A stretch of 63,235 bases of DNA, filler included, from Globobulimina sp. (Eukaryota): NCBI GenBank assembly GCA_003354225.1. It is 57 parts of 57 records of this genome, joined end to end, with 100 filler letters (N's around TTAATTAATTAA, not from the genome) between each part and the next. Parts side by side here need not be neighbours in the genome. Positions count along the whole stretch, not along the records: positions 12,233 to 13,244 come from PIVH01025841.1; positions 13,345 to 14,356 come from PIVH01025842.1; positions 14,457 to 15,468 come from PIVH01025843.1; positions 15,569 to 16,580 come from PIVH01025844.1; positions 16,681 to 17,692 come from PIVH01025845.1; positions 17,793 to 18,804 come from PIVH01025846.1; positions 18,905 to 19,916 come from PIVH01025847.1; positions 20,017 to 21,028 come from PIVH01025848.1; 49 more parts are not named here. One strand, given 5' to 3'. The notes beneath the pieces were generated by a model. It was not told the DNA's origin, ran no database searches, and worked only from the letters and a program-made list of their open reading frames with translations. Position numbers and translations under genes: made by a program. Below are positions 12,133 through 24,462 of the stretch, one piece after another (the stretch's first letter is position 1; each line of letters starts with the position of its first letter).

Positions 12133-12233
12133 NNNNNNNNNNNNNNNNNNNNNNNNNNNNNNNNNNNNNNNNNNNNTTAATTAATTAANNNNNNNNNNNN
12201 NNNNNNNNNNNNNNNNNNNNNNNNNNNNNNNNT

Positions 12234-13244
12234 AGCATTATTAGCAAACAAGAGTTAGTCGACACCCTTAAGAATGTTTTAAATGGCGTACCAGCGTTTG
12301 CTTTGATGCTTGGGTTGCAGATAGTCTCTCCTCAGATGAAAAATATCTTAGGGTGGATCAATGATTTGCGTATTAAAGCCCATCAAATATCTGCCAACAC
12401 ATGTGATCTGTCGGCTCTTTTAGTGGGTGGCATGGTTTCGCGAAATGAAGCCTTAAGTGCACATTGGTGTGCCATGGATGCGGTTAAGCACGGCAAGCTT
12501 AGTGGTAGAGCTGCTGCGGTCATGTGTGGTCGTGATCCAAATTATAGAAGTGGCGTTGAAAAGCTGGCGCAAAGTAGAGGTAAATGGGAGCTAACTGATA
12601 ATTACAATATAGCACATGAAGCTATGAAAAGAAGTGACGTATTGAATTCCCTTGATGCAGAAACTAAAGCTTTAGTTATGACAATCACCGGTTCATTTGT
12701 GGTGAAAGATGGAAAGCCTTATGCAATACATGGTGACGCTAAAAATGGCATGATTGCTTTGTACGAGGGCGGGCCTATAAAATTAATTAATTGTGCTGAT
12801 GATTCTTGTTTAACAACAAAAAAAACCGAGCTTTCGATCCCTCCGAAAAAATCATTTTCTGGTAATTATTATTCTATTTTAGTGGCGTTAGCAGAGGCTT
12901 TGAGCGATGGTGGCGGGATAGATGACAGTACCAAAATTAAAGTTAATGTATTGCTTAGTAATACTAACTTGCCTATCTATGACAATATGCAAGCCCATGC
13001 AGTTGCAGTTGGCTCTGTGCCATACGGTAAAATCCAACAATATTCCGAAGTCTTAGCCCTTGATGTGATCAGTAATTATCTGGACATGATAATTAGAGAA
13101 ATGAAAAAAGGGCTAAAGAGTTTGAAGCCTAAAATCAGTCAAGATGTAGTCGTGCAGGATTTTGAAAAGGGATTGAATGATGTTATACGCCTTGTGCGTA
13201 CATCTCAAGGCAATATCCGCAAGAAGGTTGGAACTAATTATAGA
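12234..13244 (+). CDS. traH: F-type conjugative transfer protein TraH, internal fragment (bacterial)
   Basis: SIISKQELVDTLKNVLNGVPAFALMLGLQIVSPQMKNILGWINDL..ISANTC matches the TraH N-terminal block; also ALVMTITGSFVV, LINCADDSCL and TNLPIY; no introns, higher GC. Confidence 0.8.
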
Positions 13245-13436
13245 NNNNNNNNNNNNNNNNNNNNNNNNNNNNNNNNNNNNNNNNNNNNTTAATTAATTAA
13301 NNNNNNNNNNNNNNNNNNNNNNNNNNNNNNNNNNNNNNNNNNNNTAAAAAAATAGTTAAATAGACTTGCACCACAAAAAGGTGATAAAAAACATGAAAAT
13401 ATCAATCGCAAAAGAAAAAGAAAAAGATCACGGAAA

Positions 13437-14057
13437 GTGTGGGAGAATCAGGAGTTAAAAGATGAATTAGAACGCAATAAAGCAGAGAAACATAATAATA
13501 ATAATATACAATTGCAAGATGATAATGCCATTCGTGCAAAAACTAGAGTTTATTTACACAAAATATTATTAAATAAATTTAATGAATTAAATAATTTATG
13601 CAATGAAATCGAGAATGCAGTTTACATGAAATGCGATGAAAACATAAATAAAAACTATATGGAGCATTCAAGGAATTTGCTATTTAATTTAAAAAAAAAT
13701 AGTTTATTGCAATCAAAATTAATCAAAAAAGATATTGATGGAAAGAAACTGGTAAGAATGAGTTATACTGAATTGGCGTCTGAGCAGTTAGCAAACAAAA
13801 GAAAAGTACACAAAAAGGAAACATTGGAAAAAGTGAATTCAACGCTGTGTGGAAAGAATAATAATTGGATTGAATGTAATACTGTTCAATGTTCAAATTG
13901 TGGAGCAAAAAAATGTAAGTATACACCAAAGAAAGCATTGATTTTTTAAACTACTAAATCCGTTGTGTTTGGGTCGGTATCCAGCAAACAAGAGAATGTT
14001 GATATGGTATGCACAAAATGCAGTTATTCCTTCAAGTACGAGATTTCTTTCAATTAA
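13437..14057 (+). CDS. TFIIS central domain plus C-terminal zinc ribbon, with an in-frame TAA at 13947-13949 (pseudogene or readthrough)
   Basis: EIENAVY..YMEHSRNLLFNLKKN..LVRMSYTELAS; CSNC before and CTKC after the stop in the same frame. Confidence 0.7.
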
Positions 14058-14457
14058 AGTTCAAAGTTTTCAACATCATTTATGATGACAAAATCTCTGA
14101 GAAACCATCTGAATGTATGGCAAAACAGTCATATCATTGATATTGTGCACTTGCTTGTAAACCTGACTATTGTTTAATACTTTATGTTTGAAATAGTCAA
14201 TAATTGTATCCATAACCTTTAAATGATGAATATTAATACTTTTCATGTGGTGGAAAATCTCCAATGACTCTTTCATATGGTTGCATAATACATATTGTTG
14301 CAAATTAAAACTGAATGAATGCGTATCTAAATATTTTTGACTATCATATTGTTTTTNNNNNNNNNNNNNNNNNNNNNNNNNNNNNNNNNNNNNNNNNNNN
14401 TTAATTAATTAANNNNNNNNNNNNNNNNNNNNNNNNNNNNNNNNNNNNNNNNNNNNT

Positions 14458-14538
14458 ACAATTATTGTCTATGACCGAATTCGCGAGAACCTGGGACCGG
14501 AAACGGTAACCTATAACCTGAACACCCTGACCAATAAG
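14458..14538 (+). CDS. secF: Bacterial SecF/SecDF fragment (chimeric piece)
   Basis: TIIVYDRIRENL signature. Confidence 0.65.
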
Positions 14539-14660
14539 CTGGAAGACGACATCAATCATAGGTGTCATGTCTACGTCACAGCCTTCTGCGTTTTTTCGTT
14601 TGCCCATGGCGAACTCCTTCCCGCTTTAGACTACTCTTCTACGACTTCGACGTCCAGGGA
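14536..14660 (-). CDS. exbD: Bacterial ExbD/TolR N-terminus preceded by the end of an upstream gene (likely ExbB/TolQ) and a GGAAGGAG RBS (chimeric piece)
   Basis: ..DVEVVEE* then RBS then MGKRKNAEGCDVDMTPMIDVVFQL. Confidence 0.75.
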
Positions 14661-14697
14661 TCATAGGAACCAGTTCAATCAATGTTGATTCGATAGG

Positions 14698-14805
14698 TGT
14701 TGGTGTTGTGCGCCAATCCCATATTTCCTCGACGACCTCAAAGATGTCAAACATTATTGTTCGCACTGTGACACATATCTCGGTTGCAGAAAGTTTGCCT
14801 ACTGA
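14698..14805 (+). CDS. LITAF-domain protein, last exon
   Basis: After an AG acceptor: CWCCAPIPYFLDDLKDVKHYCSHCDTYLGCRKFAY*. Confidence 0.75.
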   Translation, partial: CWCCAPIPYFLDDLKDVKHYCSHCDTYLGCRKFAY

Positions 14806-14811
14806 CTATAT

Positions 14812-15468
14812 TTAAATATTTATACATATACTAAACTTATTTTGCAACACATCAGCTCTCGCTAACAACGGCGTGTCGTCAGGTTTTGGCAAAAAGCATA
14901 ACAACAAACTGGTCACAAAATACAACACACATAGTGTACAAAACGCAGTGGGATATTTCTGGAACACATTGCTCGCATTTAAGTTTCGTAAATCCCGCGT
15001 CGTAATCATATTAACCTGCGGCCTAAACGCCTCTGCAACGCCTGCGAATGATGTAAAATGAGTACAACTGCACCATACTGTATCTCGCGTATAATTCAAC
15101 GTTATGCAGCCCGCAGAGGACCATGCTTCAATAGCGACATCATAAAACTTGCAAGTTGGGATATAAATTGTTTTATTTGCTTCAGCTTCGATATCGTCAA
15201 AGAATATCGCACTTGCATCCGTTGTTAAGTCCAATGAGAATACAATGGATTCACAGGCAGTTAATGTGGCATTCTCATCGAGTGTTACAATGACATCCTC
15301 GCTTATTTGCAGTCTGCGTCTTCTCCTCTGTCGTCTGCGTTGATTAAATGAGTATGACACACTGGGATCGGCCGCAACCACTCCCTCATTGTCATCAATT
15401 GCCAATACATCGAATTCAAATATTTCTGTACTTACAAATGCATCAAATCCGAAATAATCTGACTGCAT
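14812..15468 (-). CDS. GPS/GAIN-domain membrane protein (polycystin/adhesion-receptor-like), fragment
   Basis: PTCKFYD..WSSAGC..VWCSCTHFTSFAG followed by a hydrophobic segment. Confidence 0.85.
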   Translation of the reverse strand: MQSDYFGFDAFVSTEIFEFDVLAIDDNEGVVAADPSVSYSFNQRRRQRRRRRLQISEDVIVTLDENATLTACESIVFSLDLTTDASAIFFDDIEAEANKTIYIPTCKFYDVAIEAWSSAGCITLNYTRDTVWCSCTHFTSFAGVAEAFRPQVNMITTRDLRNLNASNVFQKYPTAFCTLCVLYFVTSLLLCFLPKPDDTPLLARADVLQNKFSICINI

Positions 15469-15570
15469 NNNNNNNNNNNNNNNNNNNNNNNNNNNNNNNN
15501 NNNNNNNNNNNNTTAATTAATTAANNNNNNNNNNNNNNNNNNNNNNNNNNNNNNNNNNNNNNNNNNNNTG

Positions 15571-16580
15571 TCCATAAATCCCCATTATGATATCGTAAAA
15601 ATTAGCAACAGCGACGAGAATAATAAATCTTGCAACACCAACACATGAAGACATTGAATATGAGCCATTTGCAACAATCAGCAAAGTATTAACAAATGAA
15701 TATGATGCAATAAATTTAGGATTTCATTTTATTTTACATGAAAAAGCAACAGATCAACAAAACCCAACAGCTGGAACGAAATCTGGCTTTACCATTGGAA
15801 AAGTTGACGATTCGACGGCGGCGTTTAGACGTTTACGTTTATTATGCAGCAATAATTTAGTTATCAATGACCGAAGTGATCCATTATGGGCGGCTACGGA
15901 CTCAAATAATCGTGCATTCCCGGACTCGACGGATGACTTTAAATGGTTATTAGTAAAGAAAGTTAAATTGCAGGCTATCAATATCATCGCGGCAACGCTT
16001 ATCGATTACTTTCAAGAACAAGACTTCGCATCGCTACAATTAATGGAGAATTTATTAATATCGGCTCGTGGCACACCGAATAATTATGATTTAGGACAAG
16101 TTAAACAATACGCTGAATTTGCTCGTTATATATGGAATGTAATGATCAATCAATTCAATCAATTTATAAGTGATCGAACGAATATGACGTTTAAGAATAC
16201 GCCAAAAAACAAACTTTATATTTATTTTGGTTTAACAGAGACAACAGTATCTTATAAGGCGGCGAATTTCAAACCTGATTGCTCGAAATTAGGCTATGTA
16301 ATCCAACAATTAATCGATCCTTTGAACAAAACAGAAGAATTCGATTTGTACAGAGAGAAGATTTTAAACAATCTCCCTACAAATAAAGTGAACAATAATC
16401 ACAACAGAAACGCCAACACAAATTCCAACACAAATTCCAACACAAATTCCAACACAAATTCCAACATTACGCCAATTGCCAGTGAGAGTGAGAATAAATC
16501 AGAGGAGAAGTCAGGTGGTTCGTGGTTGGATAATTTAGGCAATATCAATAACAAAGCATTAAATGCGGGAAACAAGAGAG
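15571..16580 (+). CDS. Hypothetical protein fragment, open across the whole contig, with an (NSNT)n tract
   Basis: Frame is open upstream of the tracked ORF; 12-bp repeat AACACAAATTCC around 16414-16465. Confidence 0.6.
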
Positions 16581-17386
16581 NNNNNNNNNNNNNNNNNNNN
16601 NNNNNNNNNNNNNNNNNNNNNNNNTTAATTAATTAANNNNNNNNNNNNNNNNNNNNNNNNNNNNNNNNNNNNNNNNNNNNACAGGTTAGGATAGATTAGT
16701 ATGGATTAAGACAGATAGAGTAACTCTTTTCAACAAAAACGTAATCAATTACAACTAATATTATATCTTTTTAATAAAACCACTGTTTAAAAGTCAATTA
16801 CAGGTACCCCTAGTGTGATATATGTTATAAAAAAGATAATATGGTTATGAATATTTTTTTTTTATGTTTTTATGAATAATTTCATTGAGTTACATTTCTT
16901 ATTTTCTAAATTTCAATTGATTTACAAAATTATTTCAAAATTATACAACATGAAATATTTATTTCAAAATCTGAAATGATTACATGAAATATTTCATTTT
17001 TGATATATCTTAGATATATCAAACATATATCTAATATGATATCTAACCTCGATTATTGTTGGATTTACAAATATATTGAGTGAATTATATAATCGCAACA
17101 TATCGATTCTTATTCGCTTCAAATCGATGCCATAATGCAAATTACTGCAAACATATTATGCTGTCATTGCTTGGTGTGGTCGGCACACAAATTATGGACA
17201 ATAACATCCCTAATTCGACGACATCAGTCATGACTTTATTATCTGTTTTTACATCATCTGTTTTTAATTGTATTATTGTATACATGATTGATTCCAATGC
17301 TTCATTGTTGTCAGCTGTCGCGAAAATTGGTATAATGAGTTCGTAGGTGATAGGAGGACTGGATTATAGCGTCAATCAATATTTGC

Positions 17387-17575
17387 ATGCAATATTTTGC
17401 AAACAATGAAGGAGACACAAAAACCAGGCCGCAAAATGAAGAAATAAGAGATTATTTTATGAATATTGAACTATTCGCTGATTTCAACAAAGAACTAGCA
17501 ACAAAAATGAGTGCAATTTGGAATGATCCTGGAATTCAAGAAACATTAAGATTATCATACAAATATCAAATAGTT
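17387..17575 (+). pseudogene. Heterotrimeric G-protein alpha helical-domain fragment
   Basis: ELATKMSAIWNDPGIQETLRLSYKYQI; similarity is lost afterwards. Confidence 0.6.
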
Positions 17576-17792
17576 GAAGTCAATCGAATACCTGCAGATT
17601 TACAAGGTTATTGCGGCCAAGAACGAATAACTAGTTTTCTATCTTGCGCAAGCTGACTAAGTTATAAGTAGCTTTTATCAGACTTTGAAAACNNNNNNNN
17701 NNNNNNNNNNNNNNNNNNNNNNNNNNNNNNNNNNNNTTAATTAATTAANNNNNNNNNNNNNNNNNNNNNNNNNNNNNNNNNNNNNNNNNNNN

Positions 17793-18380
17793 TGGAATCA
17801 GACCTCAGGCCTGATTGAATTTTGCCCCAATTGACCACTCTGACTCTCACAGTCTCACTCTGACTCTCACTTGTTTAGGTAAACAAAATTATGTGATGAC
17901 TATGACGACGAAAAACAACATGAAACATTTAGCAAAATAGACATAGAGAATAGAAGAACGATACTCTTCACCGATTCCATGAGTAACTTCATCTCGCTCC
18001 TAATAACGCCACGCAATAAAAAGAAGATGAAATATAAAGAATTGTACCGCAAAACCCAAAAATACATAATTGACGCACATATGATTCCAATCCCACACCA
18101 GACCGCGAGAGCAGGTTTTCAATGCAATTGCGGACAGAATGGCCAATTAATATCGGTCGACTACATCCAAGGAATAGCAATCTAATTATCCCATCCATCA
18201 ACTCCAGAAACTGTGCGAAGCTAAGAAGCTTCGTTCTGCCCTCGGATCCTCTTTTGGATTCATTCAAACCCTCACAGGGATGTTCGAGCAATCTGTGAGT
18301 CTGGAATCAGACCTCAGGCCTGATTGAATTTTGCCCCAATTGACCACTCTGACTCTCACAGTCTCACTCTGACTCTCACT
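17793..18380. repeat. 79-bp exact direct repeat (17793-17871 and 18302-18380)
   Basis: TGGAATCAGACCTCAGGCC...CTCTGACTCTCACT present twice. Confidence 0.9.
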
Positions 18381-18429
18381 CTGACTTTTCACTCTCACAA
18401 ACAACATAGATATTTCAGACACATTCATG

Positions 18430-18554
18430 AAATATCTAACAAATATTTGAAAAAACAGAAACTCAAAGTAAAAGATGAGGAAATTCAATTTATAATCACA
18501 GTGCCAGCCATATGGAACGACGAAGCAAAGAATAAAATGAAATCTTGGGCATGA
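18430..18554 (+). pseudogene. HSPA12-like Hsp70 fragment
   Basis: EEIQFIITVPAIWNDEAKNKMKSWA* ends in a premature stop. Confidence 0.65.
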
Positions 18555-21128
18555 CGTACAATATTAAAGCAATTAAATCCCAACAAATACAAACAAAAAA
18601 AATTACTCATCAATATCTCCTCTGGTGGAACATCAATATCGTTTTGAGGATCAGTTTCTGTGTCTGTACCAGTGTCAGCATCATATGATTCAGATTCATA
18701 TTTCAATGTTTTCTCGTTCATGTTTCAATATCGCAATGTTTATAATAAATGTGAATGATCCGGTTTTCCATGGTATTTTACGCATTGAAGATTAAAGGAT
18801 TTGCNNNNNNNNNNNNNNNNNNNNNNNNNNNNNNNNNNNNNNNNNNNNTTAATTAATTAANNNNNNNNNNNNNNNNNNNNNNNNNNNNNNNNNNNNNNNN
18901 NNNNAAAAAAGTGAGACAAATGACTGTTTTTGCTACACATGATAAAGAATATGATGTCTCTAATCACGAAACAGTAACGAATAAGCAATCAAATGTTGCA
19001 TATGATGAATATGGTCAATAACCAATATGAAAAAACACAACATCATTCATTAGGCGCTCACACAGCTACGTTTGTGCCATATTCGACTGTTGAACAATAT
19101 GTTGCTGCTAAATGCTAATCATACAATATTCAATTAAACCCAGTGAACATGGTGATATAAATGAACCCAGTAAAAAATGAATAAGAATCATGGTGATATA
19201 AATGGAAAATGTAAACTAAGAAATATTTGCTGATGTAAGAGAGGGCAAAACTGTAAATGGAATCATGTTGTTTCAATTATTAAGACTTACAAATATTGAA
19301 TATCTTATTATATGTTCCTTTCGGTGTTAGTAACTAAGAAGTAAAACGTTTCTGGTTTGTCTGGTCGTTAGCACATAGTACAAATATTTCTGGAAACTCT
19401 CGATCGGGAAAAATATTTTTCGAATTATTCAATTCTAATACCTCTTACTTATCAATTTTAATTATTCAATTCTAAATTTTCCGATTTCTAAAAACAGTTT
19501 TTTAAGCTTCGTTCAACTTTAGCAGAAAACTTTTGAATATCAAACATCATCTTTCCTTGACCCACAAATTAAGTTTTCATTTGTGTGAAATGGGTAACAC
19601 GAACAGTAAAACAGTGGATAGTAGAAGAAAAAAGAAATTCAAAACAAGAAAGGGGGGAAGTAAAAGAAGAGAATGTGTATCAACGAATGGAGCAACTCAG
19701 AGTTGAATTGGAGAAGATGTTGAATTGGAGCGAATTTTTGTGGGATTTGTGCTTGGATTTGGATTTTTTCTTTGATTTATGCCACTGCCACCCAAAACAA
19801 TTAGAAGTTTCATTTTTTATCTTTTGAGATCCGATTTGATACGGAAATGTTGGATTGATGCGAATCACATGATACGGATATTTACCAAAAAAAACGCAGT
19901 AATTAAGACATTACCGNNNNNNNNNNNNNNNNNNNNNNNNNNNNNNNNNNNNNNNNNNNNTTAATTAATTAANNNNNNNNNNNNNNNNNNNNNNNNNNNN
20001 NNNNNNNNNNNNNNNNAAGGCTCAACGCTGCGCAACGCCACAACGCCGTGGTACGCGGTTTAAAACGGCGCCCATATAAATAATGGCTTTTTGCGATCGC
20101 GGAAATCAGTCAAACGTTGTGTGCGTGGTCGTGTTGTTTGCTCTCATTCTTTTTCTTTGCAAAATTATTATTTTCCCAAAAATTATCATTTTTATTAATT
20201 AGAATGGCGAATAATTCAACAGGAAAATTTCATCGTTGATGGTTAGTAGACACTGACTAAGTTTCAGATTTGGATGCTAAAAAGTTATAACCGTGTAAAG
20301 ACCTGGAAAACACCTGCTCTTTTCGGCACGCGCATGCTCAGTCGTGTATGCGACTTTTGCCAGAAAAACTTCTGTCATACTTAGCCCAAATATCATCCAC
20401 AGAAAATTTCATAACAAAATTCGAAACTCGCGAACTGACTCTTAATCCATCAAGCTAGAAGGCTGAAATTTGTACAGTTTAGTGGCTATATGTCAGGCTT
20501 TCAGTCATATACTGTTTGTTCCGAGAATGCCACTTACCAATAAAAAATAACGAAAATGGTAAAACGTGTTTTTTTCAACCTTATTTTGCCTTTGGTTGGA
20601 TGTATATTTTACTTGTGCACATGTTTTGTTGAGTATTTTCTGCTAAATTCAAATAAATAAGAAAACTTTTGCTGACTTTGTCGTACTTCTTCTCATTGCT
20701 CAGTTTAGGATTCGAAAAGCCTTACTTTTCAACACTTCATGTTCATGGAAAAACAATGGATTCCAGGGAAAAAATGCTCTTGGCATGTAAAATGGTAGAT
20801 ATGGTGGGTGAAAACGTCTGTAATAACTGTTATAAGCTAGGGAAAACTACCTTGAGTCTGGTGGTGTAAAAAGATGGACTCTTACTTACATGGGCAGGTC
20901 GATCGGCCTGGTGGGTCAAAGTCCAAAATTTCGAATCGGGGGTTCAGAAAATTTCACCCAACATCGTATTTTTTCGAAAAAATGACGTTTTTCACCATTT
21001 TTTACCTAAAAATGGCCGATTTTTGACCNNNNNNNNNNNNNNNNNNNNNNNNNNNNNNNNNNNNNNNNNNNNTTAATTAATTAANNNNNNNNNNNNNNNN
21101 NNNNNNNNNNNNNNNNNNNNNNNNNNNN

Positions 21129-22140
21129 CCTTTTTTATTATTTGCACCATTACCACGAAAACAAAGAAGATCCATTTATTCGCACTCGTAATCCGCAATT
21201 GTCATTAATCGCAAACTATTTCTTAATGGTATTGCTATTCATCATTGCACCAATCCAATGGGCTGAAATAATATATTTTGAATCGTACAATTTTGGCAAA
21301 CTTCGAGAATATTTACTTATAATCCGAGTGGTTTGGGAACAATTATCAATGTGGCTGCGCTTAATAAGATATTGGCATTTATGGTTCAAATATAAATACC
21401 AAAAACACCGTGCACTCTCTGTCTATATTAAAGCAATCAATATTGACGCAAACAAATCCAATTATTTTGTGCGCCACAAGCATACATTTGGCAGTCTAAA
21501 ATTTTTGTATTTCATTGTTTTAATCGTATGGTGCATTCAAATCATATTTTGTATTTTTATTTTGCTAATATTCCAACACAAACACTCATACAATGTCATT
21601 ACGAGCATAGCTGTCTTATTCTATTTGTTCCAATGCATTGTCTTCGTGGCATTATCCTTCACAATCAACAAAATCCAGGACAAGCTCTACATTCGTAATG
21701 AAGTGTTTTATGAGTCCATCGTGGCTGCCTTCTCCTGCTTGATATTGCTTGTCATCCTTTATTTCAATTACACCAATTCCTGGATTTTAAGTAATAAATA
21801 TTTTATCTCTTTGATCATGTTTGTTGTGCCTGGTTTTGTCTGCTATCCGTTAATGATTTGCATTACTTCGTTATGGGTCTATTCAAAGATGAAACATGAG
21901 TGGAAAATGCGCGATTTGCGCCAGAAAGCGATTGAATTACAGAGGTTTAGTCAGAAGAGCTCGAGCTCGGCGGGTAACATGTCATCAATGCACGCTTTGC
22001 CCTCACACTCACGTTCAATGACAATGGCGAGTATAACCAGCAATGTCCATGGTGTCCATTCTGCAAATTATTCCATCACTGAAACCTGCTCTAAATTAGA
22101 CATCGATGACAAGATTGACCCTCAATTAAAACATGCACTC
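21129..22140 (+). CDS. Multi-pass 7TM receptor-like protein, probably the membrane part of a 7TM-RGS; partial
   Basis: FIRTRNPQL and IQDKLYIRNE motifs, ~6 hydrophobic helices, Ser-rich tail. Confidence 0.7.
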
Positions 22141-22400
22141 NNNNNNNNNNNNNNNNNNNNNNNNNNNNNNNNNNNNNNNNNNNNTTAATTAATTAANNNN
22201 NNNNNNNNNNNNNNNNNNNNNNNNNNNNNNNNNNNNNNNNTATAATTTTTAAAACAAACAAAAGGTATACTATCAGATTGTGGTAAAAACAACATAAAAA
22301 AGATGGGACTAAGTGTCAGATTGTGCACAAAAAATACACATAAAGAGAATACATATATTTTCAGTGTCAGAATAGAAAAAGAAAGATAAGATAAGATAAA

Positions 22401-23251
22401 TTAAACTAAGTCAGCAGACGGCGTGTTATATTTAGTAAACTCTTTGGAGCGAACAAATCGATATTTTACATCAAGTAATAAAAGAGCTGTTTCACGTAAT
22501 ATCGGATCATATAATTTTAACATTTCATCCATTGTTAAATTCCAACCTTCAACAATATAATATGCGTCATATTGTCTTCTTGAATCATAACAAATATTTA
22601 CTTGACGTGGTGCAGTATCAGCAATATATTTTTCATAAAAACACATAAAAATTTGTTTGGATACCTTTTTTAACTCATCGTCATCATAATTTTTGTTTAA
22701 ATCTAATTTATCAAAAACAATCTTACTATGCGGTATTTGATGCATTTTATGATCAGGAAGTTGATATAAATATGAATTGATATCATTCTCTGTAGCTTTA
22801 CATTTAATAAATTTAACAAATACATCCCTAAATTGCTTCATCTCAATGTATGCAAAGATATTTTCAGCAGAAAATTCATGCAATGCATGACTCACAAATA
22901 GCTGCAACAACGCGGGTTTCTTGAAAATGGTTTGCATAGAAATGGTTGCTGGATTTGCACGCATTTCTGACAACGATTCGTTGAGTCCGGAACTAGTCGA
23001 TGCTAAAAATTTCATTTCCTTATTTATATGTACGTTCCATAACGGATTCAATGTGATCATTTTAGGAATAACCAATGCAGATAATATGGAGACTGATGGT
23101 ATGGAATAAAGGACAATGAAGCATAACGAAAGGGAGGCATAATATATATTGAACCAAAAGACCACCACGTTACAAAAATAAATGGTTAAGCCAGATATAT
23201 AAAACCAAGCTGATGTTCTGAATTCGAAATAAAATAGGAATTTATCTCTGA
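22401..23251 (-). CDS. Membrane-anchored RGS protein (7TM-RGS type), C-terminal part
   Basis: TM helix, then LFVSHALHEFSAENIFAYIEMKQFR..FYEKYIADTAPRQVNI. Confidence 0.85.
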
Positions 23252-23351
23252 NNNNNNNNNNNNNNNNNNNNNNNNNNNNNNNNNNNNNNNNNNNNTTAAT
23301 TAATTAANNNNNNNNNNNNNNNNNNNNNNNNNNNNNNNNNNNNNNNNNNNN

Positions 23352-23973
23352 GAGGAGGCGCTAATTTGGTTGGTAGTGGCTAGGCCAACATCTGCGGATA
23401 AATACAATTTCTCGCCTTTTCCAAATAAATTACGAATACCAGCCGACAATGAACCATTTAACTGCGATAACTGATCCATATCATGGGTCGCTCCAATTGT
23501 TGCAGTTAAACGTGATTTCTCTTTGACGGTCAAGTCGCATATTAACGAGGATGCATTTTCATTGTCAATATCAATTATTGCATCTGCTGTACTTATTAAA
23601 TCTAACTCGTCTTTTAATCTCTAAAAAATATGTCTATATCTATATCTATATTAAAATAGAAATTTCGAGAAATAAACTCAACATTAATTCCATCAAATAT
23701 TTGAATTGAACAATTTTCAATGGTATTTGGGGTCGACACATTTAATTCTTCCTTTATAAAATCATATTTTGTCGTCTGGTTTCCATTAATGTTCAATTCA
23801 AATGTTTTAACACTTTGCGATAAAATTTTATTCAATTTCTCCATTCGTTGTGTTTCCGTTTGTTGCTGCGATTTATCTTTTTTTGATCGCAATTGGTTTA
23901 ACAAATCCTCAAACTCATATGATATCGCAACACGTTGTTCTGCATTCCTTACTTGCTTCATGTTTCCAAACAA
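23352..23973 (-). CDS. Sam50/Omp85-like protein, N-terminal POTRA region and start of barrel; intron 23621-23682
   Basis: LNINGNQTTKYDFIKEEL..DGIN/RLKDELDLI..LTVKEKSRL..AGIRNLFGKGEKL; a 62-nt GT-AG intron joins the two ORFs in frame. Confidence 0.75.
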
Positions 23974-24462
23974 AATCTTTAATTTACAACTATTAATAAC
24001 ACAATCAAAAAACGTACAACTATTAATAACTCCGTCTCATGGGTTTAGGACAGTACAGGTCCTGCCTGATTGGTGTTATTCTTGCCATACTAATTTAGGC
24101 CTAAACTTTCAAAAAAAAGCACATTCGTTACGTATACACGTATTTTGTATTTTGTAATTTGTATTTTTTTTGTTTTTAATACACGAACAAATCGTTTGTT
24201 TGTACGTAGACGACGAGAAGCTAAAACTAGACAAGGTCAGGGATCATACGTATGTGATGGTGTATGGTTGGTTGGATTGTTCGCTTTTGCTGCACTTGGC
24301 TGTGCCCCTCAATTAACATTAGTTGTAAATGTTTGTGTTTAGAGATGTTTCCATAACGAGATNNNNNNNNNNNNNNNNNNNNNNNNNNNNNNNNNNNNNN
24401 NNNNNNTTAATTAATTAANNNNNNNNNNNNNNNNNNNNNNNNNNNNNNNNNNNNNNNNNNNN

